Shown piece by piece: positions 40,460 through 54,266 of a stretch of 64,000 nt of DNA; the stretch's first letter is position 1, and the number at the start of each line of letters is the position of its first letter. The position numbers and the translations under genes are program-made. Under the pieces are notes generated by a model. It did not search any database, was not told where the DNA came from, and was given only the letters and a program-made list of their open reading frames with translations. The stretch is from Mustelus asterias (Eukaryota). The stretch lies in assembly GCF_964213995.1 (NCBI RefSeq), contig NC_135817.1, positions 66,402,001-66,466,000 of the forward strand. Reading direction: 5' to 3'.

Positions 40460-42324
40460 TGTTAGCTGCAAACACTAACTTTATTGTAACATATTTACTG
40501 TCATGAGAACACTTCCTTACATGAGGTTCTTTCCATGCTGCTTTTCCCTAGACTTGCTCAGATCACCAGTATAAGTCACCTCCTATGACATCACAGTTAA
40601 CCCTTTATGGGACTTAGTCTAACATACTTCAATTATACTAAATCTCCCCCAAAGTCTCTGCTCAGTCTTCAGTATTCTCTGATGTTCCTGGAAACCTCAG
40701 GCTCCTCAGTGTTTTGAACATTTCAGTGTTTTGTAGCCTTTTATTTACTATCTTTTCTTTCTCCTTTTTGGAGATTTTCACCTGCTCTTACACTGACAAG
40801 CATTCTCATGCCTTCACTTGTCTATTATGAGACATTCTCATTCTGCTGTTGGTCCCCTGGACACTGTTGAAGAGAAGTCAAACTAGATGTTTTGTGATCA
40901 CCTGCTTCATTGTCTTTTCCATTTCTGATAATTGCGCCATCTCTGGTCTCCGATTTCCACTCTGTTCCTTAATGGCAATCAAAGATCAAATCAAAGGGCG
41001 GCATGGTAGCACAGTGGTTAGCACTGCTGTTTCACAGCGTCAGGGATCCAGGCTCGATTCCCGGCTTGGGTGACTGTCTTTGGGGAGTTTGCACATTCTC
41101 CTCGTGTCTGCGTGGGTTTCCTCCGGGTGCTCCGGTTTCCTCCCACATTCTGAAGGACGTGCCGGTTAGGTGCATTGACCTGAACAGGCGCAGACTGTGG
41201 TGACTCGGGGAATTGCACAGCAACTTCATTGCAGTGTTAATGTAAGTCTTACTTGTGACTAATAAATGAACTTTACTGTTTAGCTTTTCTGCTTTCCTCT
41301 TACTGCGCCCTGTTCCATCTGAACAATGTTAAGATCTCGGGTGCGGTGATTTATCCACTATTTCTCCAAATCCTGATTGATCTCTGATCTAAACCTGTTT
41401 TTCCTGTCAAGATCTAATAATATTCTTGCTCTGTGACCACTATCATTATGTTTCATCTGTTTACTACAGTACGTTTCTGCTCTTAGAACATACGAACCCT
41501 GGGGAGTAGTCAATTCAGCCCTTTGAGCCTGCTCAACCATTCAATACAATCACGGCTGATCTCACCTCAACGCCACGTTCCTACTCGTTCTCCATAACCC
41601 TTTAACACATAGATTATTAATAATCTATCTACTCTTTAAATTTACTCAATATCCCCAAATCCACCGCACATGGGGTAGTGAATCCCACATATTTACGACC
41701 CTTTGAGAGAAGTAGTTTCTCCTCAACTGTTTTAAATCTGCTACTCCTTACCCTAAAACAATGACCTCTTGTTCTAGATTGCCCTGCAAGAGTCTGTGTC
41801 TTTGATCTGTCACATCGACATGAAAGAGTAGAAATCAGAGCCTGCAACATTCCTCCCATGAGTAACTCTGTTGGGATCAATCCATTTTCCAAACATGAAG
41901 AGCACGAGTTGAAATTCCTCATTCTTTTTCAGTGATGGCTCTACAGTTCTGCCACAGCTTCTCAATTAGCCTAAGGAAACCTCAAGTGAACGTGTGAACA
42001 AATCCACAATATCGCAGTATCAGGAACCCCAAAAACTGTACAAATGTCCTTCAATTAAGTTATTGCTGCTTCTGATGTGACCATGTAACGGTTTCATTTC
42101 AATCCACCTCAAATACTAATCTACTACTATTATGAACATTTGTCCCATTGGCTCAAATAAGTCTATTCCTAGGCATTCCCATGTCGGAAAATAAGATGAC
42201 ATTAGTGGTTCTTTTAATACCTGGACACTCTCAAATCATATGAGTAGATATTATTTCCTTCTAAGACATCATAGACTATTACAGTTAACCCTTTATGGGA
42301 CTTAGTCTAACATATTCCAGTACA
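40460..42324 (-). mobile_element. Internally deleted Gypsy remnant with nested SINE and CR1
   Basis: Integrase-like LENGLIPTELLMG, KQMKHNDSGHRARILLDL and IRDQSGFGEIVDKSPHPRS..IVQMEQGAVR; 34-bp direct repeat at 40593-40626 and 42281-42314; PBS-like TGG at 42081-42083; PPT-like GGGGGAGA near 40645-40650. Confidence 0.65.
40996..41276 (+). mobile_element. HE1-like SINE (alternative tail) inserted in the Gypsy integrase remnant
   Basis: Full head to tail; interrupts the integrase-like reading frame. Confidence 0.85.
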
Positions 42325-42739
42325 TTTCACCTTCATCCTCCCTCTCTGTCGACAAATACCAAGAATTTACCAATGAGCCCAACTGCACACAGTCCATTCT
42401 CCATCCCTTAAACTCATCCCAGTTCCATCAAACTAATCATTGCCAATGCTATCAAAGCCTTGGACCAGTTCAGGTGAACTCCATTTCATCTTTCTCAGAA
42501 TTGATTGGAACTGACACATCTGATGTACGAACCGGCTGCATAAATTCAGCTCTAAACAGGTTGAGATACAAATTAAATGCATAAGTCGAGGAAAAAATAT
42601 ATTAAAATGACCACCAATTCATCGTTTTCACAGAATAATGGAAAGTGCTGTCAAATTCAATCCCCTAGTTAAAAGTCTCAGAACATGAATGAGAAAAAAT
42701 GGAGTTTGATTTATTAAGTCTCTATCAGTGGCCTTAACA

Positions 42740-43045
42740 GGGCGACACGGTGGCACAGTGGTTAGTGCTGCCTCACAGCGCCAGGGACCCAGGTTCGATT
42801 CCCAGTTTGGGTCACTGCCTGTGCAGAGTCTGCACGTTCTCCCCATGTCTGTGTGGGTTTCCTCCGGGTGCTCCAGTTTCTTCCCACTGTCTGAAAGATG
42901 TGCTGAACAGGTGCATCGGCCACGCTAAATTCTCCCTCAGTGTACCCGAACAGGCGCTGGAGCGTGGCGACTAGGAAATTTCCACACTAACTTCATTGCA
43001 GTGTGAATGTAAGCCTACTTGTGACACGAATAAATAAGCTTTAAA
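42740..43045 (+). mobile_element. HE1-like SINE (alternative tail)
   Basis: Full copy. Confidence 0.85.
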
Positions 43046-43531
43046 CCTGATGTGATCCTGTCCGTGGCACATAACCATGCCTCCCACCCCTGTCCCTCTC
43101 CACTAGCAACATTCAAAACAGCCTAATCTCTAGCTTGCTGTGAGCAACACCACACATCACCTCTATTGAAGTACCAACAAAATTAAGCGTTATAATTTTG
43201 TTTACTGAAGTACTGCATTCCTTGGTTTGTTTTTATACATTTCTAGTTTTCCAGTTAGTATTTTCCCACATTTCCTTTGTGCAAATGCGATTTTGTCCCG
43301 ACTCGACCCCTCCCTTGGTCTAATTATCGTCAACTGGAGAATTCAGAAAAGGTAGGAAAACTCTCAAAGCAAGACAAGCAAGCGGAATTAGTTGAGGTCT
43401 ACGTAAACAAAAAGTGTACTGAACATTTCAGAAAACTGGCTCTTCTACATTAAATAAAAATTTCGAGCAAATTAGGTCGGCACATTTTTACCTCACATCA
43501 CCCCACTCTCAAAAGTGAATTTGTAATCTTA

Positions 43532-43744
<213 letters not shown>

Positions 43745-43793
43745 TTATTTGACATTTTTCAGGCAGTTAATCTGTTTTCATTCCATGGAAATA

Positions 43794-43956
43794 NNNNNNN
43801 NNNNNNNNNNNNNNNNNNNNNNNNNNNNNNNNNNNNNNNNNNNNNNNNNNNNNNNNNNNNNNNNNNNNNNNNNNNNNNNNNNNNNNNNNNNNNNNNNNNN
43901 NNNNNNNNNNNNNNNNNNNNNNNNNNNNNNNNNNNNNNNNNNNNNNNNNNNNNNNN
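43794..43956. other. Assembly gap (163 N)
   Basis: Run of N, abutting a Penelope fold-back fragment at 43957-44084. Confidence 1.
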
Positions 43957-44687
43957 GTGGAGATGCCGGTGTTGGACTGGGGTAAGCACAGTAAGAAGTC
44001 TCAAGGAGCCCGAGACTCCGAAAGCTTGTGCTGCCAAATAAACCTGTTGGACTTTAACCTGGTGTTGTGAGACTTCTTACTGTGCAATAATGATTTACAA
44101 CATAGCGCAGAGATTTGAAAGGGGAAAAAACTCATGTGTACCGGTAGTTTATTCTGAAACAGATTGGTTAGTGAGTACACGATGCGTAAAATGAATACAC
44201 ATAATTGACAAATAGGCTATTATTCAGCCTAACAGAAGACTCCTCAATTTAACACACAAGATCACTATGGTGCTATCAATGGTAAACCAGCAACCATGCT
44301 GCATTTCTGCATTAGTGATATCTTCCAGCCTTCCTGGAACCAGAACCTGCAGAGCAACTGGGGAGGTGATGGCCTGGTGGTATTATCGTTGGACTATTAA
44401 TCCAGATCTCAGCTAATGTTCTGGGGACCCAGGTTTGAATCCTGTAGACGGTGGAATTTGAATTCAATTTTTTTTTAAATCTGGAATTAAGAATCTACTG
44501 ATGACCATGAAACCATTGTCGATTGTTGGAAAGACCCATCTGGTTCACTAACGTCCTTTAGGGAAAGAAATCTGCCGTCCTGGTCTAGCCTATAGAGTTT
44601 CAGCAATGCGGTTGACTCAACTGCTGTCTGAAATGGCCTAGCAAGCCACTCAGTTCAAAAGCAACTGGGGATGGGCAATAAATGCTG

Positions 44688-47654
44688 TGATATGGAGATG
44701 CCGGCGTTGGACTGGGGTAAGCACAATAAGAAGTCTCACAACACTAGGTTAAAGTTCAACAGGTTTATTTGGCAGCACTAGCTTTCGGAGTCTCAAGCTC
44801 CTTCATCAGGTGAGTGAGGACTTATGTTACAAACAGGGCATATAAAGACACAAACTCAATTTACAAGATAGTGGTTGGAATGTGAGTCTTTACAGGTAAT
44901 CAAGGCTTAAAGATACAGACAATGTGAGTAGAGAGAGGGTTAAGCACAGGTTAAAGAGACATGTATTGTCTCCAGCCAGGACAGTTAGTGAGATTTTGCA
45001 AGCCCAGGCAAGACGTGGGGGTTACAGATAGTGTGACATGAACCCAAGATCCCGGTTGAAGCCGTCCTCATGTGTGCGGAACTTGGCTATCAGTTTCTGC
45101 TCAGCAATTCGGTCATGTGTCGTGAAGGCCGCCTTGGAGAACGCTTACCCAAAGATCAGAGGCTGAATGCCCGTGACTGCTGAAGTGCTCCCTGACTGGA
45201 AGGGAACACTCCTGCCTGGTGATTGTCGAGCGGTGTTCATTTATTCGTTGTCGTAGCGTCTGCATGGTCTCCCCAATGTACCGTGCCTCAGGGCATCCTT
45301 TCCTGCAGCATATCAGGTAGACAACGTTGGCCGAGTTGCAAGAGTATGTACCGTGTACCTGGTGGATGGTGTTCTCACGTGAGATGATGGCATCCATGTT
45401 GATGATCCGGCATGTCTTGCTGTCGTGGTTACTGTTCTCCTGAAGGCTGGGTAGTTTGCTGCGGACAATGGTCGGTTTGAGGTTGTGCGGTTGTTTGAAG
45501 GAAGAGGTGGGTGTGTGGGGATGGCCTTGGCGAGATGTTCGTCTTCATCAATGACATGTTGAAGGCTCCGGAGAAGATGTCATAGCTTCTCCACTCCGGG
45601 GAAGTACTGGACAACGAAGGGTACTCTGTCCGCTGTGTCCCGTATTTGTCTTCTGAGGAGGTCGGTGCGGTTTTTCGCTGTGGCGCGTCGGAACTGTCGA
45701 TTGATGGGTCAGGCACCATATCGTGTTCTTGAGGGCGTTTTTCAGCGTCTGTAGGTGTCTGTTGCGATCCTCCTCATCTGAGCAGATCCTGTGTATACGG
45801 AGGGCTTGTCCGTAATGGATGGCTTCTTTAACGTGTTTAGGGTGGAAGCTGGAGAAGTGGAGCATCGTGAGGTTATCCGTGGGCTTGCGGTACAGTGAAG
45901 TGCTGAAGTGACCGTCCTTGATGGAGATGCGTGTGTCCAAGAATGCAATCGATTCCGGAGAGTAGTCCATGGTGAGTCTGATGGTGGGATGGAACTTGTT
46001 GATGTCATCATATAGTTGTTTGAATTATTATTCAGTAAATTGAGTTTGTGTCGTTATATGCCCTGTTTGCATCTGGAGATTGGAGACTGCCAATCTCCAG
46101 ATGCAATTCTACAACTCAACCGCTTCATCCTGGACCACAATGTCTTCACCCTCAACAACCAGTTCTTCATCCAGACACACGGAACAGCCATGGGGACCAA
46201 ATTCGCACCTCAATATACCAACATCTTCATGCACAGGTTCGAACAAGATCTCTTCATCGCACAGGACCTTCAACCGATGCTGTACACTAGATACATCGAT
46301 GACATTTTCTTCCTTTGGACTCATGGTGAACAATCATTGAAACAACTATATGATGACATCAACAAGTTCCATCCCCCACCATCAGACTCACCATGGACTA
46401 CTCTCCGGAATTGGTTGTATTCTTGGACACTCGCATCTCCATCAAGGACGGTCACCTCAGCACCTCACTGTACTGCAAGCCCAAGGATAACCTCACGATG
46501 CTCCACTTCTCCAGCTTCCACGCTAAACATGTTAAAGAAGCCATCCCCTACGAACAGGCCCTCCGTATACACAGGATCTGCTCAGATGAGGAGGATCGCA
46601 ACAGACACCTACAGATGCTGAAAGACGCCCTCATAAGAACAGGATATGGCGCTCGACTCATCGATCGACAGTTCCGACGTGCCACAGCGAAAAATCGCAC
46701 CGACCTCCTCAGAAGATGAACACGGTGGACACCCGGAGCGGAGAAGCTATGACATCTTCTCCGGAGCCTTCAACATGTCATCGACGAAGGCGAACATCTC
46801 GCCAAGGCCATCCCCACACCCCCACTTCTTGCCTTCAAACAACCGCACAACCTCAAACAGACCATTGTCCGCAGCAAACTACCCAGCCTTCAGGAGAACA
46901 GTGACCACGACACCACACAACCCTGCCACAGCAACCTCTGCAAGACATGCCGGATCATCGACATGGATGCCATCATCTCACGTGAGAACACCATCCACCA
47001 GGTACTCGGTACATACTCTTGCAACTCGGCCAACGTTGTCCACCTGATACGCTGCAGGAAAGGATGTCCCAAGGCATGGTACATTGGGGAGACCATGCAG
47101 ACGCTACGACAACGAATGAATGAACATCGTTCGACAATCACCAGGCAGGAGTTTCCCTTCCGGTCGGGGAACACTTCAGCAGTCACGGGCATGCAGTCAT
47201 GGACATTCGGCCTCTGATATTCGGGTAAGCGTTCTCCAAAGTGGCCTTCACGACACACGACAACGCAGAATCGCTGAGCAGAAACTGATAGCCAAGTTCC
47301 GTACACGAGGACGGCCTCAACCAGGATCTTGGGTTCATGTCACATTATCTGTAACCCCCACGACTTGCCTGGGCTTGCAAAATCTCACTAACTATCCTGG
47401 CTGGAGACAATACACATCTCTTTAACCTGTGCTTGGCCCTCTCTCCACTCACATTGTCTGTACCTTTAAGACTTGATTACCTGTAAAGACTTGCATTCCA
47501 ACCATTATCTTGTAAATTGAGTTTGTGTCTTTATATGCCCTGTTTGTGAACACAAGTCTTCACTCACCTGATGAAGGAGCCTGAGACTCCGAAAGCTAGT
47601 GCTGCCAAATAAACCTGTTGGACTTTAACTTGGTATTGTGAGACTTCTTACTGT
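44688..47654. mobile_element. Penelope-like element: two inverted partial copies (RT + GIY-YIG)
   Basis: RT motifs QTHGTAMGTKFAP and YTRYIDDIF; GIY-YIG NVVYLICCRKGCPEARYIGETMQTLRQRINEHR. Minus copy ~44688-46019, plus copy ~46069-47654. 13-bp TSD GCAATAAATGCTG at 44675-44687 and 47655-47667. Confidence 0.93.
47565..47601 (+). ncRNA. Minimal hammerhead-ribozyme-like motif in the Penelope pLTR
   Basis: CTGATGA-aggagc..ctcc-GAAA-GCTA; mirror copy on the minus strand at ~44776-44815. Confidence 0.55.
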
Positions 47655-47914
47655 GCAATAAATGCTGGCCAGCCAGCAATGCCTATGTTCCACGAATGAA
47701 TAAAAAAAATGGAGTCTGCCAAATTTCTTGACCAATGTCAGAATTGTTTCAAAGTCCTTTTCAAAAAAAACTACACTAGAATGCACGGTGAATAACTTAA
47801 TCACAAGTTTAAACTGATTTTTGTCATTAATTACAGCTATGTTCCAAAGGCAACAGATACCTTTTGAATGTAGCCCTGTTAAACCTCTAAGATGCATGTA
47901 TTTTAATGTAGTTA

Positions 47915-48166
<252 letters not shown>

Positions 48167-49935
48167 TTAAAATTTTACGAAGTTAATAGAGGACTGCCTT
48201 TAATTCTCATAATAAATTGGTGACTTTTAATGTAGATTCGAAGATTAATGTTAGGTTTTTCTTCAGAAATACGCAAATATGTAACAGTAGTGCAGTGTGA
48301 TTGGAACACAGGCAAATGTGTCTGATGTATCAAACCATTAATGTGTTTTCTGGTATTTTTCCAACCCTGAGAATGTTTTTTTTTGCAGATTTGCAATGGA
48401 GAGTACAGCAGGAGATCAGTCACTAAACCACAGCCCAGGTTTGTGGAGTTCACCCAAGATAGGCTTGAAATGTTGCCCTCTTCACCTTACTAGGTTTCCA
48501 ATTCCAGTTGCACAACTAAGAAAAATTGAAAATTGGCATTGGAATCTGCTTCTTCTGAACCACAGATGCAGGGACCAAGAAAGAACTTGGACACGAATGG
48601 ACCACAAGGCAAAACGTCTTAGTTCTAACTATTTATTTATTTTGAAACTGGAAGATACCATTTCAATCATTTGGTGCACACGAAAATGCGATGAGCTTTA
48701 AGAAATGTCATTACAGATTAAGTTATATGCATTTCCTATGGCCGAGAAACCCAAGGCCACCACTTTCTCCTGGTGAAGCAGCCGAGATTGGAGGCTTTAT
48801 CTGTAAAGCACCACATTTTATGGGAGCAAGCCATAAAAACTAGAAAGTGGTCATTTTACTCCCTGATATGCTTTGAGTTAATCACTTGTGAAATAGCAGT
48901 TAGAATGCTACCACTGATTTCAGAGTTCAAGGGTTAGTATCTGTCTGTAATTTCTGTTGAGTGTGGCCTCATTCCCATTGGAAAAGGTTCATACTCGGGT
49001 ATAATGCTCTCAACAGTGTAACAGCACTCATTGTCTTGCTAATACTTGAAGAATGGCCACTTGTCCGAGTTACCTGAAGACTGCCATTGCAAATGGAGGC
49101 ACAGTCAAAACCTTTCAGAGAGGCAGGGACAAAAATCACTTTAATCAACAGGGCTAAGAGTGGGTGAAGACAAAAGGCTCTGAAATGTCCTTTGTGACAG
49201 AGAATCATGTGTACATTATAGTGCAAAATAGTAAAGTTACTGGAGCGTGAGGGACTGGAGAATTACAGCAATTTTTATGATCTGCAGTGAAATGTAAATG
49301 CTTCTGGGCCTCTTCAAACAAAAAAAGACAGTATTACATACAAAGATTTTTAAAAACTGACATTTATATAATTTAGTACTGGCTGCAAATCCAATTCTAA
49401 TGGTTTCTTTATTCTGATTATGTTTGTGACTGATATTTAAGGACTTGAGTGTCAATGGACTTGAAGGTGGTTGCTGTTAAATAGGCGCAGTGTCTTACAT
49501 CCAAGCTAAAGTTAGATTTAAAATTGATCCTGTCTAATATTATCTTTAATTTTCCAAATTCCTTCTTTATCACTCAACTCAAATATTTTACCAAGTGTTT
49601 GTGGGTTTGCTTTCCTGCACATGTTGTGTTTGCATCACTTGACACATGTGGAATATAACAGACAAAATAACTACAGGTAAAACATAAATACAAGTTTGAA
49701 CCATCCTCACAGCAAGACTCAAAGAAATCTGCAATGATGGATTCCAAATATTAATGTTTGTCTGCAAATTTATTTTTCAGATGGTAGTCAGAAAAAATTT
49801 CAAAGAGTGAAATATTCTCAACCCCGAATTAAATATGCTGACAGGTTGCACAAATTAAAACTAAATTCACTTATTCACTTAGGGTACCAGATTGTAATTG
49901 GAGAGCTTACAGCAATTAATTTAATTACCTGTATC

Positions 49936-50240
49936 TCCTCGGCCTTTTGGCTAAGATCAAGTGTAGTATCGACATGCTGTACTCGGTTGAAGTCATTAGG
50001 TTACATTTTAGCTTCATTTGAAGCAATTTTTAAAAGCGGCATCTCGGCCTTTTGGCTAAGATGCAAATGAGATCAAGCCTTGGAGGAGGTGCAATGCCTA
50101 CTCCAATCAGCTTGGGTCATGTAGATCAAGCCCAAGACAGGAGGTGAGAGCCCTGTCTTGTCAGCTTGGATCGGGAACGTCTCAACTTGAGACTCTGAAT
50201 TGGACTTGATTTGATTGAATTGGATTAAAACAAAACAAAA
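49936..50240 (+). mobile_element. U2-snRNA-headed retroposed element (SINEU-like candidate)
   Basis: 49938-49970 = U2 nt 8-40 and 50042-50062 = U2 nt 7-27; tandem hairpins; A-rich tail; 22-bp TSD at 49914-49935 and 50241-50262. Confidence 0.8.
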
Positions 50241-50250
50241 AATTAATTTA

Positions 50251-50367
<117 letters not shown>

Positions 50368-51148
50368 TCAATTATTAAAATCAGAAAATTCAAACTTCAG
50401 TATGAATTGTATTAGTCATGGAACATTCAAGCTGATAAAACTCATCAAATATCTTGAACAACTTTCCCTGCATATTGAAAACTACATTCTTCCATGAAGA
50501 CACTGCTTGTTGTAAAGGTTTGACTTTAAAAAAACAATTTTTTTTTTACAAATCCAAATCCAGAGGCAGAGGTCATTCAGCATTTAATAGTTCTGTCAAA
50601 GAATTTTGTAAATTGCAAGGTGTTTGTTGGTTGCATCTGTTCCAAAGTGCAGACTCTATTCAATGAACCAGAGGTTATGCTGTTAGGTGGAGCGGGCGAA
50701 GGTGACAAATACAGGGATGTGAAAATGGAGGATGCGTGCAGACTTTCAAACAATTTGGAAAATAAGTTTCCCCCAAGACGTCAACTTGGAGAAAGCGAAG
50801 TATGCATTTCTTGATTCGTTCTTGGAAAAGATCATGTTTCCTTACACATCAGAGCTTTATAAACAGCTAATTTTTCAAAGTGACATTTTCCACAAGTATC
50901 TACTGATACAAACGGCCTCTCAAGCAAACAAATTCCATAAATTTTATTTGATTTCAAGCCTGTATTTAATAGAGCACACTCAGGAGTTTTGATGCCATAC
51001 ACGAAGAACAACTGAGAACATCTCTGAATTAAGTCAATGCAACCATGGTAAATAAATCAAAATACATGTCACAAAATAATTGATAGTAGATCTGGCAAAG
51101 TGATGGTGTGGCTCATTTAACTCTGAAGCACAAGATGGTGGATGACAA

Positions 51149-51460
51149 GGGTGGCATGGTGGCACAGTGGTCAGCAATGTGTCAGGGACCCGGGTTAAAT
51201 TTTGGCCTTGGGTCACTGTATGGAGTTTGCACATTCTCCCATATCTGTGTGGGTTTCCTCCGGATGCTATGGTTTCTTTCCACTGTCCAAAGGTAAACAG
51301 GTTAGGTTGGTTAGCCATGCTAAATTGTCCCTTAGTGTCAGGGGACTAGCAAAGTAAATACGCGGGGTTATAGAGATACGACCTGGATGGGCTTGTTGTC
51401 AGTGCAGGCTCATTGGACCAAATGGCTGCCTTCTGCACTGTTGGGATTCTATGATTCTAG
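51149..51460 (+). mobile_element. HE1-like SINE (older)
   Basis: Diverged head, core and tail. Confidence 0.75.
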
Positions 51461-53026
51461 AGTTATAAGCACCACAGGAATGGATTCTGTAGGTAGGGGG
51501 ATGGAGGTTCATTTGAAACCACTCACACATGACGCCAAGAGATTATTCATCTGCACATCAAATTATATACAACATCTTCAGTGGGAGCAATCAAGAATGC
51601 AGCAAAAGACGGAGTCAGGTTGGGAGAGCAGCAGAAGCCAGGTGTGCACGCATTTTTTTAAATTGCAGTTTTACAAAATTAAAAATCAAGAATGCCAAGA
51701 GAATGGTTAATGCACAGTGTATATTAGCACATATAGAAAGTAATACTTCCTACAATGACAAGTTGGACTCGGAGCATTTTTGGATTACATTTTGTATAAC
51801 ATGTAAGTTAATAACTGCATCAGCAAAATTATAAATCAATTAAAGCATTTGTTAGTGAGGGAAAGTGGAGAATTGTAGAACAATGCAAAACAGCCATCAG
51901 TGCAACGTCTAGTCTACCTTGTACATTTCTGACCACAATAAATGAAATTGAACCTACAATAAAACTTCAACGCAACCATTAACGCAAAGTTTCATATTTT
52001 ACACAATCTGCATTTAGTTCCCATTTTCACTGCAAGCCCAAAAATCTATATCTGTACTTCATCCGATTACCCAGAAGGACTTTGCAACCCAAAACTACTG
52101 GAATCTTGGTTAAGAAGTGGACTGGGTATTCATGTCAAACGTGATGCTAAACTCCTACTAAAAGGGACTACTAAAAGCTTGGTGAAGAAGAGGCGGAGGG
52201 GGCAACACGCATGGGTTTAGGGAGGGGTTAAAAGAAAATAGGCAGATGAACATAACAACCAACGTGGGTTAGGTGTGAGGTCAAGGTGACGATGTGTTGG
52301 GGGGGGGGGGGGGGGTAACAATGCAAAAAAAGCCACGCGGTAAATTTTCCAGTTCCGCCTGCCACAGGAATCATAGTGGAAGTGGGACGGACCATGGAAA
52401 GGTCCGTTAACCTTGGGTGGGATTTTCCAGTTTCGGGGCAAATGGAAAATCCCATCCCAGGAATCAAGAGGCACGGATATCAGGGTTGAATAGTTTTGAC
52501 TTAAAGGGGGTTTTACAGATAGAAAGGGAGAATGAGGAGATTTAAATACAATGAGAAGTTTAAATTTGAGATGCTGGGTGAAGCTCATGGAGATCAACAA
52601 GAACTGGGTGATGGGCAGGTGGGACTTGGGTGTGAGATTTAAATGGGTTGAGCATCGTAGCAGAGCTTGGGTAACCAGCCAGGAGACAGAAAAGGTGATA
52701 CAGACATGGGGGTTGAGTTCGGCACGGCAGAGGACAGAGCTGGGTAATGATATGAAGTGGAAGGAGATGAGGTTATTGGGTTTAGAGTTGAGCATGTTGA
52801 CAAAGTTGTGAAACGTCTGGGGGCTTGTTTAGGAAAGTTAAGGCTCACACAGAAAAAATGTCCATTAGATGAGATACCAATGATACAGGAAATGGAATGA
52901 TATAACTCACCCCAAGAGTCAGTGCTCTTTGGAGGAGAAGAAAATTGGAATAATAAAAATAGTTCAGCATAAGTGGAGAGAAATTTAATAAGTCAATTGA
53001 TTCAGTTTTGACTTTAAAATCAACAA

Positions 53027-53377
53027 TCATAGAAATCATAGAATCCCTACAGTACAGAAAGAGGCCATTCGGCCCATCAAGTCTGCACCGACCACAATCC
53101 CACCCAAGCCCTACCCCCATATCCCTACATATTTTACCCACTAATCCCTCTAACCTACACATCCCAGGACACTAAGGGGCAATTTTAAGCATGGCCAATC
53201 AACCTAACCCGCACATCTTTGGACTGTGGGAGGAAACCGGAGCACCCGGAGGAAACCCACGCAGACACGAGGAGAATGTGCAAACTCCACACAGACAGTG
53301 ACCCGAGCTGGGAATCGAACCCGGGACCCTGGAGCTGTGAAGCAGCAGTGCTAACCACCGTGCTACCGTGCCGCCCC
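53027..53377 (-). mobile_element. HE1-like SINE (young)
   Basis: Near-consensus copy with a repeated ctatgatt tail. Confidence 0.88.
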
Positions 53378-54221
53378 TCTTGTGACACTGTGCAAAAGAA
53401 GTAGTCTTTCAGATCATTCTGAAATATAATTTGAAAAAATTAACAAACATTTATTTCAATGATTATATTCAGTTCAGGCACAGTTTGGTGAGGCATTTAA
53501 TACCACATCAAGGCATTCTGTCCATCACTAACCTTTGTCCATCTATGAAAATATTGCTAGCAAGTAAGCTTTAAACCAATTAAAACAGCATCTCCCCTGT
53601 GTCCACTGCATACTCAGCACCTTTTTTATTTTCCCATTCAAACTAGAAGTTGACACTAGATGTAAAGAACAGAATGCAATACGATTTCCTGATAGATCTT
53701 GGTTATTCTTTTGATTCCAAAACCAAATGTTTACTCTTAAAAAGCTAGTATATTCAAGAATCAATGAGCAGTAGCTATATCAGTATGGCCACGTTAATCT
53801 GGGAAACGCTTGAAGGACGTAGTCAGCATTCATTTTTTAAAAATAGCAATAGTTTTTGAGAGCAGATTATACATTTGGCAATCATATAAAAAAACAGCAT
53901 AACAAATACATGGAACTGCTAATACAAATGGTGAAAAGTAGTAATAGCAGACTGTACATCGCAGCAAAGTGAGACGCAAGGTTTCCAGGATGCCAGATAA
54001 CACAGAGTACATTTTAGTTTCTGGGCATGGTTTCATGGCGACGGACCAATAATAAACATGTAGCCATAAATTTAGACAAACCAAGTAGAAGTTAAAATAT
54101 GTTGTTTAAGGCTTAAATTGCTGCAGCAAAGCAACAGTAAAAGACCGAAGTAGTACGTGCTTGCGCAGCATGCTGAAGTACAGAGACCAGAGTTGCCAAG
54201 CTATTCTGAACACCATCTTAC

Positions 54222-54266
54222 CAATCTATGTTCATTTTTTCTGGCCAAGGAAGTTGAAAAGCCATT
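54222..54266 (-). CDS. TBC1D23: TBC1D23 45-nt cassette exon
   Basis: tag/gtaaga; frame-preserving; (R)MAFQLPWPEKMNID(W), similar to the mammalian long-isoform insert MSFNLPWPDRSCTER. Confidence 0.85.

Larger units (their letters stand above)
44359..47705 (+). mobile_element. Deu-type SINE split by the Penelope insertion
   Basis: Body at 44359-44687; the tail resumes at 47655-47705. Confidence 0.75.

Noticed and set aside
49938-49970. Functional U2 snRNA gene
   Set aside because: Only nt 8-40 match; no Sm site or 3' stem-loops, and the segment lies within a TSD-flanked insertion.
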